Positions 27,935 through 38,157 of a stretch of DNA of 64,000 nucleotides are shown here, in pieces; within the stretch, counting starts at the first letter, position 1, and every line of letters starts with the position of its first letter. Below the pieces are notes generated by a model, which was given only the letters and a program-made list of their open reading frames with translations, was not told the DNA's origin and ran no database searches. Where the stretch lies: the NCBI GenBank assembly GCA_018826295.1, contig JAHJZX010000040.1, positions 79,688-143,687 on the forward strand. The letters run 5' to 3'. Made by a program: the position numbers and the translations under genes. This DNA comes from Gammaproteobacteria bacterium (GTDB lineage Bacteria > Pseudomonadota > Gammaproteobacteria > Enterobacterales > Alteromonadaceae).

Positions 27935-29818
27935 ATGCTGATTAAGTATTCATCCGCGCCTGACAGCACTGATTATCAACAAAAGTTTTTTCACTTCCGC
28001 TTGCGCCGCCTGCTGCAGATCACCGGTTTTACATTATTTGGCCTCTTTATGGCAATGGTCGTCGCCAGTGGCACTACCAAACTGCTGATTTTTGCCGGCT
28101 GTATCGCTTTAGCCATTGCTCTGCTGTGCGCCCTAAAGCAACGATTGTTGCTATCGGCCTATATTTTGCTGTGGTCGATGGCAATAATGTTATCTGCCCT
28201 GGCTTTTAATTCCGGCGGCTTGCGCGATCTGGCTCTACTGGGCTTTCCAGGCTTACTGGTTTACGCCGCCTTACTCGGCAGTGTTGGTTTATTTTACTCT
28301 TTGCTGATTTTCGTGTTGTCGTTTTGCACTCTGCTGACCTGGCTAACGCTATCCGGCTACCTGCAGCCATTTCTCCCTACGTTAACCTGGCAACATCTGG
28401 TGTTTGTTGCTGTTATTCTGCTGGTAACCGGTTTTAGTGTTTATCTTATGGTACGTGATATGCGACTGTTGATGCAGTCGCTACAGCAGGAAAATATTAA
28501 GGTACGAGCCAGCCGTAAAGAAATAGAACGGCTGGCACATCATGATCCGCTCACCGAGCTGCCTAATCGTATTCTTGGAGAACAACTCTATACTCAAATG
28601 CTGGCTTACTGCCGGCAACATCAGCGACAATTAGCGGTGCTGTTTTTAGATCTGGATAACTTTAAGCCGGTCAATGACTCACTTGGCCATTCCGCCGGTG
28701 ATTTGTTGCTGCGTGAACTGGCACAACGACTGAGCGCCCTGTTAAACGAACAGCAGCAAGTCATTCGGTTTGGTGGTGATGAGTTTTTACTGCTGGTGCC
28801 CTGTGATGCCGATCGTTCTCCGGTCAGTTCACTGGCGCAAAACATCATCACCTCAGCCACACAACCTTTTAATATTATGCAAACCAATGTCGTGGTGTCT
28901 GGCTCTATCGGCATAGCCGTAGTACCGACCGATGGCACAGAATTTAATGTACTGTGCCGCAAAGCCGATCTGGCGATGTATAAAGCCAAAGGTGATGGCC
29001 GTAATACCTTTCGTTATTACGACGACAAGCTGGATCAGGACAATATTGATAAGTTTAATTTGCTACAACGCTTACGTCAGGCCATCCGGCAACAGGAGTT
29101 TAGCCTGCACTATCAGCCCAAAGTGACGCTACACAGCGGCCATATGCACTCCGTAGAGGCGCTGCTGCGCTGGCCACAAAGCGATGGCAGTATGATAAGT
29201 CCGGCCGATTTTATTCCGCTGGCTGAACAATGCGGCCTGATTGCAGAATTAGGTAACTGGGTATTACAGGAGGCGTGCCAGGCTTGCGCCCGGCTTAGGG
29301 CTCAGGGCTTTAGCACCTTGCGTGTCGCGGTAAATTTATCTTATGTACAATTTAAAAACGACAATTTAGAACTCTTGGTGCAGCAGGCGCTACTGGCTGC
29401 CCGCCTGCCCGCGTCTGCACTGGAGCTGGAACTGACTGAATCCTTGCTGATAAGCGACACCGACTTAATCCAGCAGCAGCTAAATAGCCTGAGTAAACTC
29501 GGAGTAACCTTTGCCATTGATGACTTTGGCACCGGCTATTCTAACCTGGGTTATCTGCGCAGCTTCAACGCCACCACCCTGAAAATAGACCGCTCCTTTA
29601 TCAGCTCACTTTGTCTGTCTGAGCGTGATGAACCCCTGGTGCAAGCCATTATCAATATGGCGGCCAGCCTGGGGCTGAAAACCGTAGCCGAAGGTATAGA
29701 AGATGAAGCCACACTGCAAAAACTGATCTCGCTGGGCTGTGACGATGGCCAGGGGTTTTACTGGTCACCCGCCATCCCAGAACAAGACTTGCCAGCACTT
29801 TTACATCAGCAGCAATAA
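27935..29818 (+). CDS. Membrane-bound GGDEF-EAL protein
   Basis: About 5 TMs, HDPLTELPNR, GGDEF, EAL, DDFGTGYS. Confidence 0.95.
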   Translation: MLIKYSSAPDSTDYQQKFFHFRLRRLLQITGFTLFGLFMAMVVASGTTKLLIFAGCIALAIALLCALKQRLLLSAYILLWSMAIMLSALAFNSGGLRDLALLGFPGLLVYAALLGSVGLFYSLLIFVLSFCTLLTWLTLSGYLQPFLPTLTWQHLVFVAVILLVTGFSVYLMVRDMRLLMQSLQQENIKVRASRKEIERLAHHDPLTELPNRILGEQLYTQMLAYCRQHQRQLAVLFLDLDNFKPVNDSLGHSAGDLLLRELAQRLSALLNEQQQVIRFGGDEFLLLVPCDADRSPVSSLAQNIITSATQPFNIMQTNVVVSGSIGIAVVPTDGTEFNVLCRKADLAMYKAKGDGRNTFRYYDDKLDQDNIDKFNLLQRLRQAIRQQEFSLHYQPKVTLHSGHMHSVEALLRWPQSDGSMISPADFIPLAEQCGLIAELGNWVLQEACQACARLRAQGFSTLRVAVNLSYVQFKNDNLELLVQQALLAARLPASALELELTESLLISDTDLIQQQLNSLSKLGVTFAIDDFGTGYSNLGYLRSFNATTLKIDRSFISSLCLSERDEPLVQAIINMAASLGLKTVAEGIEDEATLQKLISLGCDDGQGFYWSPAIPEQDLPALLHQQQ

Positions 29819-29925
29819 CACTGCACAGCAGCAATAACACTACACAGCCGCCATCGCCAGCTATACTTGATGCCAACCACTTGCCAGCCTAGCCCCAGGC
29901 TGGCAAACACACAGGAGCATCAAAG

Positions 29926-30696
29926 ATGGCCAGAGACACGGAAATGGAACACCTGCATCCGCTATTCCGGCAAAAAGTTGAGTTGTTATTACAGGACCTG
30001 GCCAAAGCTAAACTACCGTTCAGAATGTTTGAAGGCTTCCGCTCACCACAGCGCCAGCACGACCTTTACTGTCAGGGCCGCACTAAACCCGGCGCTAAAG
30101 TAACCAATGCCGATGCCTGGAGCTCGCTACATCAATACGGCGTGGCCGCCGATTTTGTCCTCTATATTGACGGCAAATGGAGCTGGGACGATAAAGGAGA
30201 ACGCAAAGCCTGGTGGAAAAAACTGCACCAGTTGGCACTGCAACATCAGTTGGAGCCGCTAAGCTGGGAACTACCCCATCTGCAGTTGCAGCAGATGCAA
30301 TTGGCCCAGCTGCGCGCCGGTCAGTATCCTGCTGAAGGTGATGCCGACTGGGCAGAGAATTTACAACACGCCATTGCAACATGGCGTGGCACGCCGGGCG
30401 CCCCACCTATGCCACTGGCGGCCAGCGGCCGTCCGCCTTTACCGGCTAATGCGCCTGAACCCCAAAGCCCAGCCACCAATCCAAACAGCACGGCCAGACT
30501 CGCCAGAGTGACCGCCCGCGATGGCCTGCGTCTGCGCGCCGGCCCGGGAACCCAATTTGATATCAAAACCACGCTGCGCAGTGGCCAGCAGGTTTATGTG
30601 CTGGCCAGTAGCGGTGACTGGAGCCAAATTGATATTGAAGGAGACGGCCTGGCCGACGGTTATTGTCATAGCGGCTATCTGGCGATTAATAGCTGA
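29926..30696 (+). CDS. M15 (L-Ala-D-Glu endopeptidase-like) peptidoglycan hydrolase with C-terminal SH3 domain
   Basis: FRS..RQ..LY.QGRT, S.HQYG.A.D, ELPHLQ; VTARDGLRLRAGPG...W..I SH3 pattern; no signal peptide. Confidence 0.85.
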   Translation: MARDTEMEHLHPLFRQKVELLLQDLAKAKLPFRMFEGFRSPQRQHDLYCQGRTKPGAKVTNADAWSSLHQYGVAADFVLYIDGKWSWDDKGERKAWWKKLHQLALQHQLEPLSWELPHLQLQQMQLAQLRAGQYPAEGDADWAENLQHAIATWRGTPGAPPMPLAASGRPPLPANAPEPQSPATNPNSTARLARVTARDGLRLRAGPGTQFDIKTTLRSGQQVYVLASSGDWSQIDIEGDGLADGYCHSGYLAINS

Positions 30697-30712
30697 TAAC
30701 TGGCCGCGCCGG

Positions 30713-32749
30713 TTAGCCGCTGCGTTTTAGCAATTGTTTCAGCCGATCCCGCAGTTGCTGACCGTCGGTGTCACCGGGTTCGGCTTTATCTATTTCTACT
30801 GAGTAATACAGCGCTTCCCGGACCTTTTTCAGCGCCTTGATATAATCCAGCGCTTGGGCAGCCGGCACATGGTCGGCTTTACTGCCATACTGGTGTGTAA
30901 TCGTGATACTGGTGTCACTGGTATCGATATAGCGTTGATAAGAAAAGGCCGGATTATCAATATCCAGTTTTAACTCGCTCAGTTGCCAGTTAATTGGGCT
31001 GGCTAACTGATAATGTACCCGGTGTAGCGCCTGGGCATTTGGCTCAACATACAGCGGCATTTTGCGTCGCGTGTTCTCCGGCAGTTGCAGAAAACGCTCC
31101 AGATAATCGCCAAACAATATCAGCTCTTGCTGTGCAGCCTGCGTATCCCAAAAACTCTCAATGGTAAAGTTAGCTTCTACCTGTAAATGGTTGCTGGCTT
31201 TGTCATCGGTAATTTTCGGCTCGTCCACTAAATCGGCCCCCGGGTATTGCTGCTGATAGATCCGGGTCAGGTGAGCGGCATACTCTTTACTGCCGTGCTG
31301 AGCTAACATATTGCGAAACGACTCCGCTTCGTATTGCTGGAAGCTCAGTTGCACAGTTAAACTTACCGGCTCGCCGACAGCACCTAACTGATAACTTTCA
31401 TTGCTTTCTAACCTGGCATCCACGGTGGAGGGCATCGGCACGGCTGTAAGCTGAGTCTCGCCCGGCTTCACCAGCAAGGCTTGCTGAAAATATTGCTGGC
31501 CTTTTTGCTGCAAGCTGCCGTACTGCTGGCTGCGGGTACCGTCGAACCAATAGTCTTTGCCATCAAGTGACAACCAGGTAATAACATGATCAAAGGCTAT
31601 CGGCCCCGGCAAGCGATCAACAATGCTACCCCGTGACGCGTTCGATACCAAAGCAGGATAAGCCGTTATACCAGCCTCGGCCAATAGCGCTATCATCAGG
31701 GTGGTTTTGTCTTTACAGTCGCCGTATTTGCGGGCAAATACCGTGTTGGGCGGGTAAGGTTGATGGCTGTTCAACCCAATTTCGATACCAAAATAACGGA
31801 TATCGTTTTGCACATAGCGCACCACCTGGGCAATATACTCTTCTTTGCTGCTGGCGTGTTGCTGCCAGGTTTGCACCAGTTGCTGCAATTCATCAACCAG
31901 CGGCTCGTCAAACGAGTATAGCGGCAGCGCCCAGGACACAACATCCTGCCAACGGCCAAACTCATTAAATTCAATAAACTCAAAGGGGTTATACCAGGGC
32001 GGATACTTATCTTCCACCTTGACCGCCGCCACCTGCTTTTGCTGCAGGCTATATTCGCTATGCCGGGCAAAGCGGCGCTGTACCGGCTTAATCTGGCTAT
32101 TGTTACTGTAAAAAGCCAGGTTATGTTGCTCCGTTAACAGACGCATATTCAGCTGTTGCACCGGTACAGACCAGTTCAGCGGGAAATAAGCTGAACGCTT
32201 GCCGGCATATATGGGGTTAGCACCGTTAAGCGAGTATTGAATATCAACAATATCACCTGGTTGCATATCACTAAGCAGCACCATGGCCGTGACATAACCA
32301 TTATAAATTTGCCGCTCCTGCTCTTGCTCGCGCTGCACCAGCCTGATATCGGCTATACCCAGCTGCTCTTTAGCCTGTCCGTCGCGGGTAAGCAGAATAC
32401 TGTGAAAGATTAATTGCTGATATTCCGGCGCAAAACTTACCTGGTACTGTGCAACCTGCTCAACGCCGGCAATGGTATTGGCCTGCATGGCGATATGGGT
32501 ATAGCCCTGGTATTCGCCATTCAGCCAGTTTACTTGTTCATCCAGCAACAAATAGCTTACCGGCTCTGACTCCGTCGTTGTCAACGGCTGATACTTTTGC
32601 TGTTCAACCCAGCCGGGTACCGGCAGCTGCTGATAACTGAATCCCGCTTGCGACGTAGCCGTAGCCGTAGCCGTAGCCGTAGCCGTAGCCGTAGCCGTAG
32701 CCAGCGTTGAAAATGAAATAAGAAGTATCAAACTTGCTAAAATTCGCAT
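30713..32749 (-). CDS. DUF3857/transglutaminase-like secreted protein
   Basis: GDCKD, FDHVI and WFDGT (Cys-His-Asp triad); QPGDIVDIQY; signal peptide. Confidence 0.85.
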   Translation of the reverse strand: MRILASLILLISFSTLATATATATATATATATSQAGFSYQQLPVPGWVEQQKYQPLTTTESEPVSYLLLDEQVNWLNGEYQGYTHIAMQANTIAGVEQVAQYQVSFAPEYQQLIFHSILLTRDGQAKEQLGIADIRLVQREQEQERQIYNGYVTAMVLLSDMQPGDIVDIQYSLNGANPIYAGKRSAYFPLNWSVPVQQLNMRLLTEQHNLAFYSNNSQIKPVQRRFARHSEYSLQQKQVAAVKVEDKYPPWYNPFEFIEFNEFGRWQDVVSWALPLYSFDEPLVDELQQLVQTWQQHASSKEEYIAQVVRYVQNDIRYFGIEIGLNSHQPYPPNTVFARKYGDCKDKTTLMIALLAEAGITAYPALVSNASRGSIVDRLPGPIAFDHVITWLSLDGKDYWFDGTRSQQYGSLQQKGQQYFQQALLVKPGETQLTAVPMPSTVDARLESNESYQLGAVGEPVSLTVQLSFQQYEAESFRNMLAQHGSKEYAAHLTRIYQQQYPGADLVDEPKITDDKASNHLQVEANFTIESFWDTQAAQQELILFGDYLERFLQLPENTRRKMPLYVEPNAQALHRVHYQLASPINWQLSELKLDIDNPAFSYQRYIDTSDTSITITHQYGSKADHVPAAQALDYIKALKKVREALYYSVEIDKAEPGDTDGQQLRDRLKQLLKRSG
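32655..32702. repeat. In-frame hexanucleotide tandem repeat (GTAGCC)8 encoding (Ala-Thr)8
   Basis: Eight perfect units counted. Confidence 0.95.
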
Positions 32750-33922
32750 TTAATTTTTCCTGATAAACTGCTGTTGCAGATCTGTCCAATGTCTATGCCA
32801 GCCCTGCCCCAGCAACCGCTCTGCTTCAGTGTGCTCTGCCTGCAAGCGCGATGCCACTGCATAAAGCGCATCCAGCGCGGCAATATCCACAGTTTGCGAA
32901 AACCAGCGTGTCAGCAAGGCGTCAGGCGTAGCTTGCCGGCTAATCATCTCCAGCAACAGCTCCTGCCTCAGTTGCTGCTCTGACTCTGCTGCGTGTTCAA
33001 ACAATACCTGGCGGGCCTCAGCAATGCTGGTGTCACTACTATCGTGCAACAGTACCATTAAACTCAGCGCCGCACTGGCTGATGGCTCACCACTTTCATG
33101 CGCCGCTATCAGCTCCGGTAATAAAGCTTCCAGGCCGGCTTTATCTTGTTGCTGTAAATACAATTCGGCCAATGCCGATGTCGCCAGATAACTTCGCTCA
33201 ACCAAGGCCTGTAACAGGTTCCTGGCTTGCTTTGTTTGCTGGCTTTTTAGCAACTGCCGGGCCTGAAATAGCCGGGCAAAATCATACTGATTGCGGGCAA
33301 ACATATCTAACGCCGCTGCAGTATATTGCGACGCCGTTATAGCATTGCTATTGTTGATATCGAGCACTTTTTTTATCCAGGCAAAATTATCGACATACCG
33401 ATGCTCATAAGCCTGAGTTTCCGTGTCACGCAGATAGAGGCGAAATAACAGCTGCGGGTAGTGCGATATCAATTCAAACTCAACGATCTGGTAACCGGCC
33501 AGTTCAAATAAAGTAAGGGCTTCACCGAGTTCACGCAGTTGCATCGGTTGTTGTGCTGTAAAGCCGGCACCTGACGCCAGCAACATATCACTTAACGCCA
33601 CTATTGCTGCCCAGTCTTGCTCTGCCTGCTCAGGCTGACTTGCAGCTGTGCACTGATAACGCAAATAGCGTACAGCGATACTGCTGGCATTTCTGGCCAG
33701 TGCTTGATTTGCCAGCGCCAGATGCTCGGCCGAGCAGCTTTGATCTTCAGACCAGTTTTCCAGCTTATGTAGCGCTATCGCATGTTGCTGCAATGTCGCG
33801 GCAGTCAGGTTGGCGGCGTAATCCTGATACGCCTGACGTAATTCAGTGGCCAGGCTGTCAGGCCGGGCTGCCGCTGCGGCACTTAGAGCAAGCAGCAGGT
33901 AACAACAACGAATCAACCGCAC
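32750..33922 (-). CDS. Hypothetical secreted helical (TPR/Sel1-like) protein
   Basis: 390 aa, signal peptide, GTG start; stop codon abuts the start of the transglutaminase-like gene. Confidence 0.65.
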   Translation of the reverse strand: MRLIRCCYLLLALSAAAAARPDSLATELRQAYQDYAANLTAATLQQHAIALHKLENWSEDQSCSAEHLALANQALARNASSIAVRYLRYQCTAASQPEQAEQDWAAIVALSDMLLASGAGFTAQQPMQLRELGEALTLFELAGYQIVEFELISHYPQLLFRLYLRDTETQAYEHRYVDNFAWIKKVLDINNSNAITASQYTAAALDMFARNQYDFARLFQARQLLKSQQTKQARNLLQALVERSYLATSALAELYLQQQDKAGLEALLPELIAAHESGEPSASAALSLMVLLHDSSDTSIAEARQVLFEHAAESEQQLRQELLLEMISRQATPDALLTRWFSQTVDIAALDALYAVASRLQAEHTEAERLLGQGWHRHWTDLQQQFIRKN

Positions 33923-34087
33923 TTATTAACTTCCCTGAAAACTATCAAACACCGTTTACACCTGACTGAGCAGGCTAACGGCTGAGGTTGCACCAATTAT
34001 TGCAACTTTAACCGGCTTAATACCTTTTGGCTACCTTGGTGTAAATATCTTGTGCTGCGATTAACGATTAACGCCCGCTGCGCGCCG

Positions 34088-35431
34088 TTACAAGCCCAGA
34101 TACCAGGTAGCGATAGAGAAATACAGCACCACGCCGGCGACATCAGCGATCGAGGTGATAAGCGGGCCGCTGGCCGTAGCGGGGTCCAGCTTAAAACGGC
34201 TGAGTAAAAACGGCAGCGATAAACCAATCAGGCTACCGGCCATAACCACCAGCATCATAGTCACTGCCACCACCACCGCAATAGCATAACCGCCGCGCCA
34301 CCAGCCTAAACCGACTACCGCAGCCGCCATGGTTAAGCCGAGTAAACCGGCGATTAAACATTCCTTGCCCAGCAAATAGCCCCAGTCCCGTAGCTTAATG
34401 TCGCCGGTAGCCAATGCCCGCACCATCAAAGTTCCCGATTGCGCACCGGCATTACCACTGCTGCCAATTAGCAAGGGTAAAAAGAATAACAAAGCGATGT
34501 GGCTAGAGATGGTGCCTTCAAAATACGCAATGCCGGCACCGGAGAAGATATTACCAAACACCAGAATCACCAACCACAGCACGCGTTTACGATAAAGTAA
34601 GCCGATGCTGGCATCTTTAACGCTGGTTTCCAGCTTGCCGATGGTGGCCGTTTTATGAAAATCCTCAGTCGCTTCGGCGGCGGCCACGTCCATCGCATCA
34701 TCGTATGTCACTATGCCGACCATCTGATGCTCAGCGTTAACAATGGGCAGCGCCAGTAAGTCATATTTGGCAATAAGTGCAGCGACATCTTCCTGTGGCA
34801 GATCAACACTGGCATAGATAGGATCATGGTTTACCAGTTCGTCAATTGGCATCTGCAGCGGCGCCAGGATCAGATCACGCAACGACACCACGCCAATCAA
34901 TTGTCTTGCCGCATCGACGACATAGGCTGAATAGATGGTTTCTTTATCCGGTGCTTCGCGGCGTAATGAATCCAGCGCCTGAGCTACTGTCAGCTCGGCT
35001 GCCAAAATGGCGTAGTCCGACGTCATAATAGCACCGGCGGTGCCTTCTTTGTGCGAGGTCAGCCGTAACAAATCTTCGCGCTCGGCCTGCGCCAGCGCCG
35101 GCAGCAAGGTTTCGCGCTGCTCATCATCCAGGCGGTTAAATAAATCGGCCCGTTCGTCCGACGACATCTGGCGGATTATCGGTGCCAGCTTGCGCCGGCT
35201 GATCCTAATCGATAAGTTAACTTGTTCTTCTGCCGGTAAATAGCCAAACACCTCCGCCTGCTCGGCGCGCGGCAATACGGTTAGCAGGGTCCATAAATCT
35301 TGTGGCGCAAACTCCACCAGAGCAGCGGCTAAATCGGCCGGGTGAACATCATCAATTTGCTCACGCAGCAGTTGAACGGTATCCGACTCCAGCGCAGTGC
35401 GCAGCGTGGTAATCAGCGCAGGTAGTTCCAT
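34088..35431 (-). CDS. mgtE: Magnesium transporter MgtE
   Basis: HPADLA N-domain, CBS pair, SGNAGAQ, DPA.ASGPLITSIADV. Confidence 0.95.
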   Translation of the reverse strand: MELPALITTLRTALESDTVQLLREQIDDVHPADLAAALVEFAPQDLWTLLTVLPRAEQAEVFGYLPAEEQVNLSIRISRRKLAPIIRQMSSDERADLFNRLDDEQRETLLPALAQAEREDLLRLTSHKEGTAGAIMTSDYAILAAELTVAQALDSLRREAPDKETIYSAYVVDAARQLIGVVSLRDLILAPLQMPIDELVNHDPIYASVDLPQEDVAALIAKYDLLALPIVNAEHQMVGIVTYDDAMDVAAAEATEDFHKTATIGKLETSVKDASIGLLYRKRVLWLVILVFGNIFSGAGIAYFEGTISSHIALLFFLPLLIGSSGNAGAQSGTLMVRALATGDIKLRDWGYLLGKECLIAGLLGLTMAAAVVGLGWWRGGYAIAVVVAVTMMLVVMAGSLIGLSLPFLLSRFKLDPATASGPLITSIADVAGVVLYFSIATWYLGL

Positions 35432-35436
35432 AACAA

Positions 35437-35540
35437 CCTCTTACTAAAAACAGGCTTAGTAAGGGCGAACAACCTTGCTAAGCGAAATAATGGTATACAC
35501 CAACGAAAGGCAGGCAACACCTGCTACTGGGCACGTCCAT
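35437..35540 (-). promoter_or_regulatory. Candidate mgtE leader: 20-codon uORF plus mutually exclusive hairpins over the SD
   Basis: uORF 35540-35478 (MDVPSSRCCLPFVGVYHYFA); segments A 35473-82, B 35455-64, C 35440-47 can pair A:B or B:C. Confidence 0.5.
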
Positions 35541-35731
35541 AACGTTGCTAAATCTCCGGGGTTAATTAACCTGTTGCACTATAAGCAAAAGATGGCACTA
35601 TTTTATAAAGCATAGCAAGATAACTCAACAGAATATCCATGCCACAAAATTACAACCGGAGGCGATATCGTTAATGTTTCCTTAAGCACAGTGAACTACA
35701 CTCGATCTTGTAGAAGTAATTGGAGCAATCT

Positions 35732-37345
35732 ATGAAACCGATTTTCAGCCTAGCTATGCTGCTCTATACCGGTCAGGTATACGCAGACTGCCAGCCCGTT
35801 GCTGAAAATCAATTTCTTACCGGCGATGATGGCATAACTATTCGCAGCATTACCTTTAGTGCCAACAATGTCTTTGATTTAACGGACAAAGCATCGTTTT
35901 GGTTACATGAGTTTGCCAACTACACCCACACGGTAACGCAAGATTCTGTACTGGCAGATGATTTACTGTTTAAAGCCGGTGAGCCACTGCGGCTTGCAGT
36001 ACTGGCCGAAACAGAGCGTCTGTTGCGCAGCAGACGATATATCCGCGAAGCTGAAGTACGTATTACGCAGTATTGCGCCAATGACAACAGCGTAATCGTT
36101 AATGTCAGCACCTGGGACAACTGGTCGTTATTGCCAACACTGGATTTTTCCAGTGAGGGTGGCCGCAGTAAAAGCGCCGTCGGCTTTGAGGAAGACAACC
36201 TGCTGGGCAGCGGTAACAGACTTAACCTGGAATACAAACACGACAGTGAGCGCACCGGTATTGGCTTTGTATTTTACTCGCCAAACATATTTGGCAGCTT
36301 CTGGAACAGCACTGTTGCCTACAGTAAAAACAGCGATGGCAACAATTATCAGCTCAGCATAAACCGGCCGTTTTACCGCTTGTCGTCTCCCTGGGCATTG
36401 GGGTTTGAGCTGGACCGCACCGCAGAAGATATCTTTGAATACGACGCCGGTGACGAATACAACAGTTTTCAGCGCCAGCGCAACCATGCCAAAGCCGAGT
36501 TTGGCTACCGCTTACATCCTGACAGCCACAACATACACCGGCTTAAATTAGCGGTTGAACTTGAAAACGTTAAGTTTTACAGCACTGACAGTACCTTTTT
36601 TGGTATGCCGCCAGACCGCAATTTAGCCAGGCTGTGGCTGGAATACGAAGCCATTCAGGCAGATTACAAAAAGTTATTTAATATCAACTCGTTCAACCGT
36701 ACCGAAGACTTTAATTTTGGCTGGCAGCTTAATGCCAGGCTGGGTAGATACAGCAAAGGGTTGGGTGCTGATGAAGACGCCCTATTCTGGCAATTAAGCA
36801 CAGCGAAAAACTGGCAACTGGCGGCAGACTTGTACCTGTTGTCTGATATCAGTTGGCTGCAGCGCCAATTTAACCAGCCGCAATACCTGATCAGCTCGCA
36901 CTGGCAACTGATAAAACAGCTGGATGAATACCAGAGTGTGATAGGCAAGCTTACGCTGGATAAAGGCCACAAGCTGTTTCGCGACGAGCCGATATACATT
37001 GGCGGGGACGATCAATTGCGTGCCTACCCCAGTTATTTCCGCAGTGGTGAAGCCAGGGCATTAGTCACTGCTGAGTACCGCCGTTATACCGACTGGTCGC
37101 TGTGGCAGCTGTTGGATGTAGCCTTTGCCGGTTATATTGATGCCGGTAAGGTGTGGCAAAATGCCGAGCAAGACGCCAATACTGATGCCGGCAGTACCTT
37201 AGTAGGCGTGGGTGCCGGGATCAGGTTACTGTCTAATCATTCCAGTCGCGGCACCATGATCCATATTGATCTGACCAAAGCCATTACAGACAACGATAAC
37301 GTCAGCGGTGTCGAGCTAAGAGTCACCGCAACCAGAAGCTTCTAG
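35732..37345 (+). CDS. BamA/TamA-like outer-membrane protein (POTRA + beta-barrel)
   Basis: ETERLLR POTRA pattern, LRAYP..F..G, GVGAGIR, C-terminal F; start moved to MKPIF. Confidence 0.8.
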   Translation: MKPIFSLAMLLYTGQVYADCQPVAENQFLTGDDGITIRSITFSANNVFDLTDKASFWLHEFANYTHTVTQDSVLADDLLFKAGEPLRLAVLAETERLLRSRRYIREAEVRITQYCANDNSVIVNVSTWDNWSLLPTLDFSSEGGRSKSAVGFEEDNLLGSGNRLNLEYKHDSERTGIGFVFYSPNIFGSFWNSTVAYSKNSDGNNYQLSINRPFYRLSSPWALGFELDRTAEDIFEYDAGDEYNSFQRQRNHAKAEFGYRLHPDSHNIHRLKLAVELENVKFYSTDSTFFGMPPDRNLARLWLEYEAIQADYKKLFNINSFNRTEDFNFGWQLNARLGRYSKGLGADEDALFWQLSTAKNWQLAADLYLLSDISWLQRQFNQPQYLISSHWQLIKQLDEYQSVIGKLTLDKGHKLFRDEPIYIGGDDQLRAYPSYFRSGEARALVTAEYRRYTDWSLWQLLDVAFAGYIDAGKVWQNAEQDANTDAGSTLVGVGAGIRLLSNHSSRGTMIHIDLTKAITDNDNVSGVELRVTATRSF

Positions 37346-38155
37346 TTACTGCTGACAATGGCTACAGTAGACGGTACTGCGCTGTCCCAAACGTATTTCG
37401 GTAAGCGTTTCATTGCAGCTTAAACAAGGCTGGCCGCCTCGGCCATACACCAGCAACTGCTGAGCAAAATACCCCGGCTTACCATCGGCCTGGCTAAAAT
37501 CTTTTAACGTGGTACCACCTTGTTTAATTGCAGCGGCCAGGGTGTCTTTAATCACCGGCAACAGCTTGGCTAACTGGGCCGCCGTTACCGCTTTGGCCGG
37601 TTTAGACGGCAAAATGCCGGCTTTAAACAAGGCTTCGTTGGCGTATATATTGCCCACGCCCACTACTACATGGTTATCCATCAATACCAGCTTGGCCGCA
37701 CTAGCACGCTTGGCAAAGGCTGCCGTTAAGTGCGCCAGATTAAAATTGTCGCTTAGTGGCTCCGGCCCCAGGCTAGCCAGCAACGGATGCAGTTCGCCCT
37801 TTTGCTGCCATAGTACAGCGCCAAAGCGACGGGTGTCGTTTAAGCGCAGCAGCATGGCGTTATTCAGCACAAAATCGATATGATCATGTTTGGTCGCCGG
37901 TGTATCAACCGGCAGCACCTTTAAATGGCCCGACATACCCAGATGCATAATAATATCGCCCTGTGGCAGTTGAATTAACAGATACTTGGCACGGCGGGTA
38001 ACCGATAAAATCGGCTGGTTCAGCTGTGCCAGTACCTCATCCGGCACCCACCAGCGTAACTGACGCTGCCGGGCCACCACTTTAACTAACTGCTGGTTTT
38101 GCAAATACGGGCTGATACCCTGGCGCGACACTTCAACTTCTGGTAATTCCGGCAC
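37346..38155 (-). CDS. mutM: Formamidopyrimidine-DNA glycosylase
   Basis: PELPEVE N-terminus, HLGMSG, GNIYANE, C4 zinc finger. Confidence 0.98.
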   Translation of the reverse strand: MPELPEVEVSRQGISPYLQNQQLVKVVARQRQLRWWVPDEVLAQLNQPILSVTRRAKYLLIQLPQGDIIMHLGMSGHLKVLPVDTPATKHDHIDFVLNNAMLLRLNDTRRFGAVLWQQKGELHPLLASLGPEPLSDNFNLAHLTAAFAKRASAAKLVLMDNHVVVGVGNIYANEALFKAGILPSKPAKAVTAAQLAKLLPVIKDTLAAAIKQGGTTLKDFSQADGKPGYFAQQLLVYGRGGQPCLSCNETLTEIRLGQRSTVYCSHCQQ

Positions 38156-38157
38156 TG

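Noticed and set aside
29807-29844. 19-bp tandem duplication spanning the GGDEF-EAL stop codon
   Set aside because: Two copies only, one mismatch; likely local slippage with no evident function
35432-35620. M-box (ykoK) riboswitch upstream of mgtE
   Set aside because: Conserved M-box sequence motifs not recognisable; the uORF/hairpin model fits better (Infernal scan would settle it)
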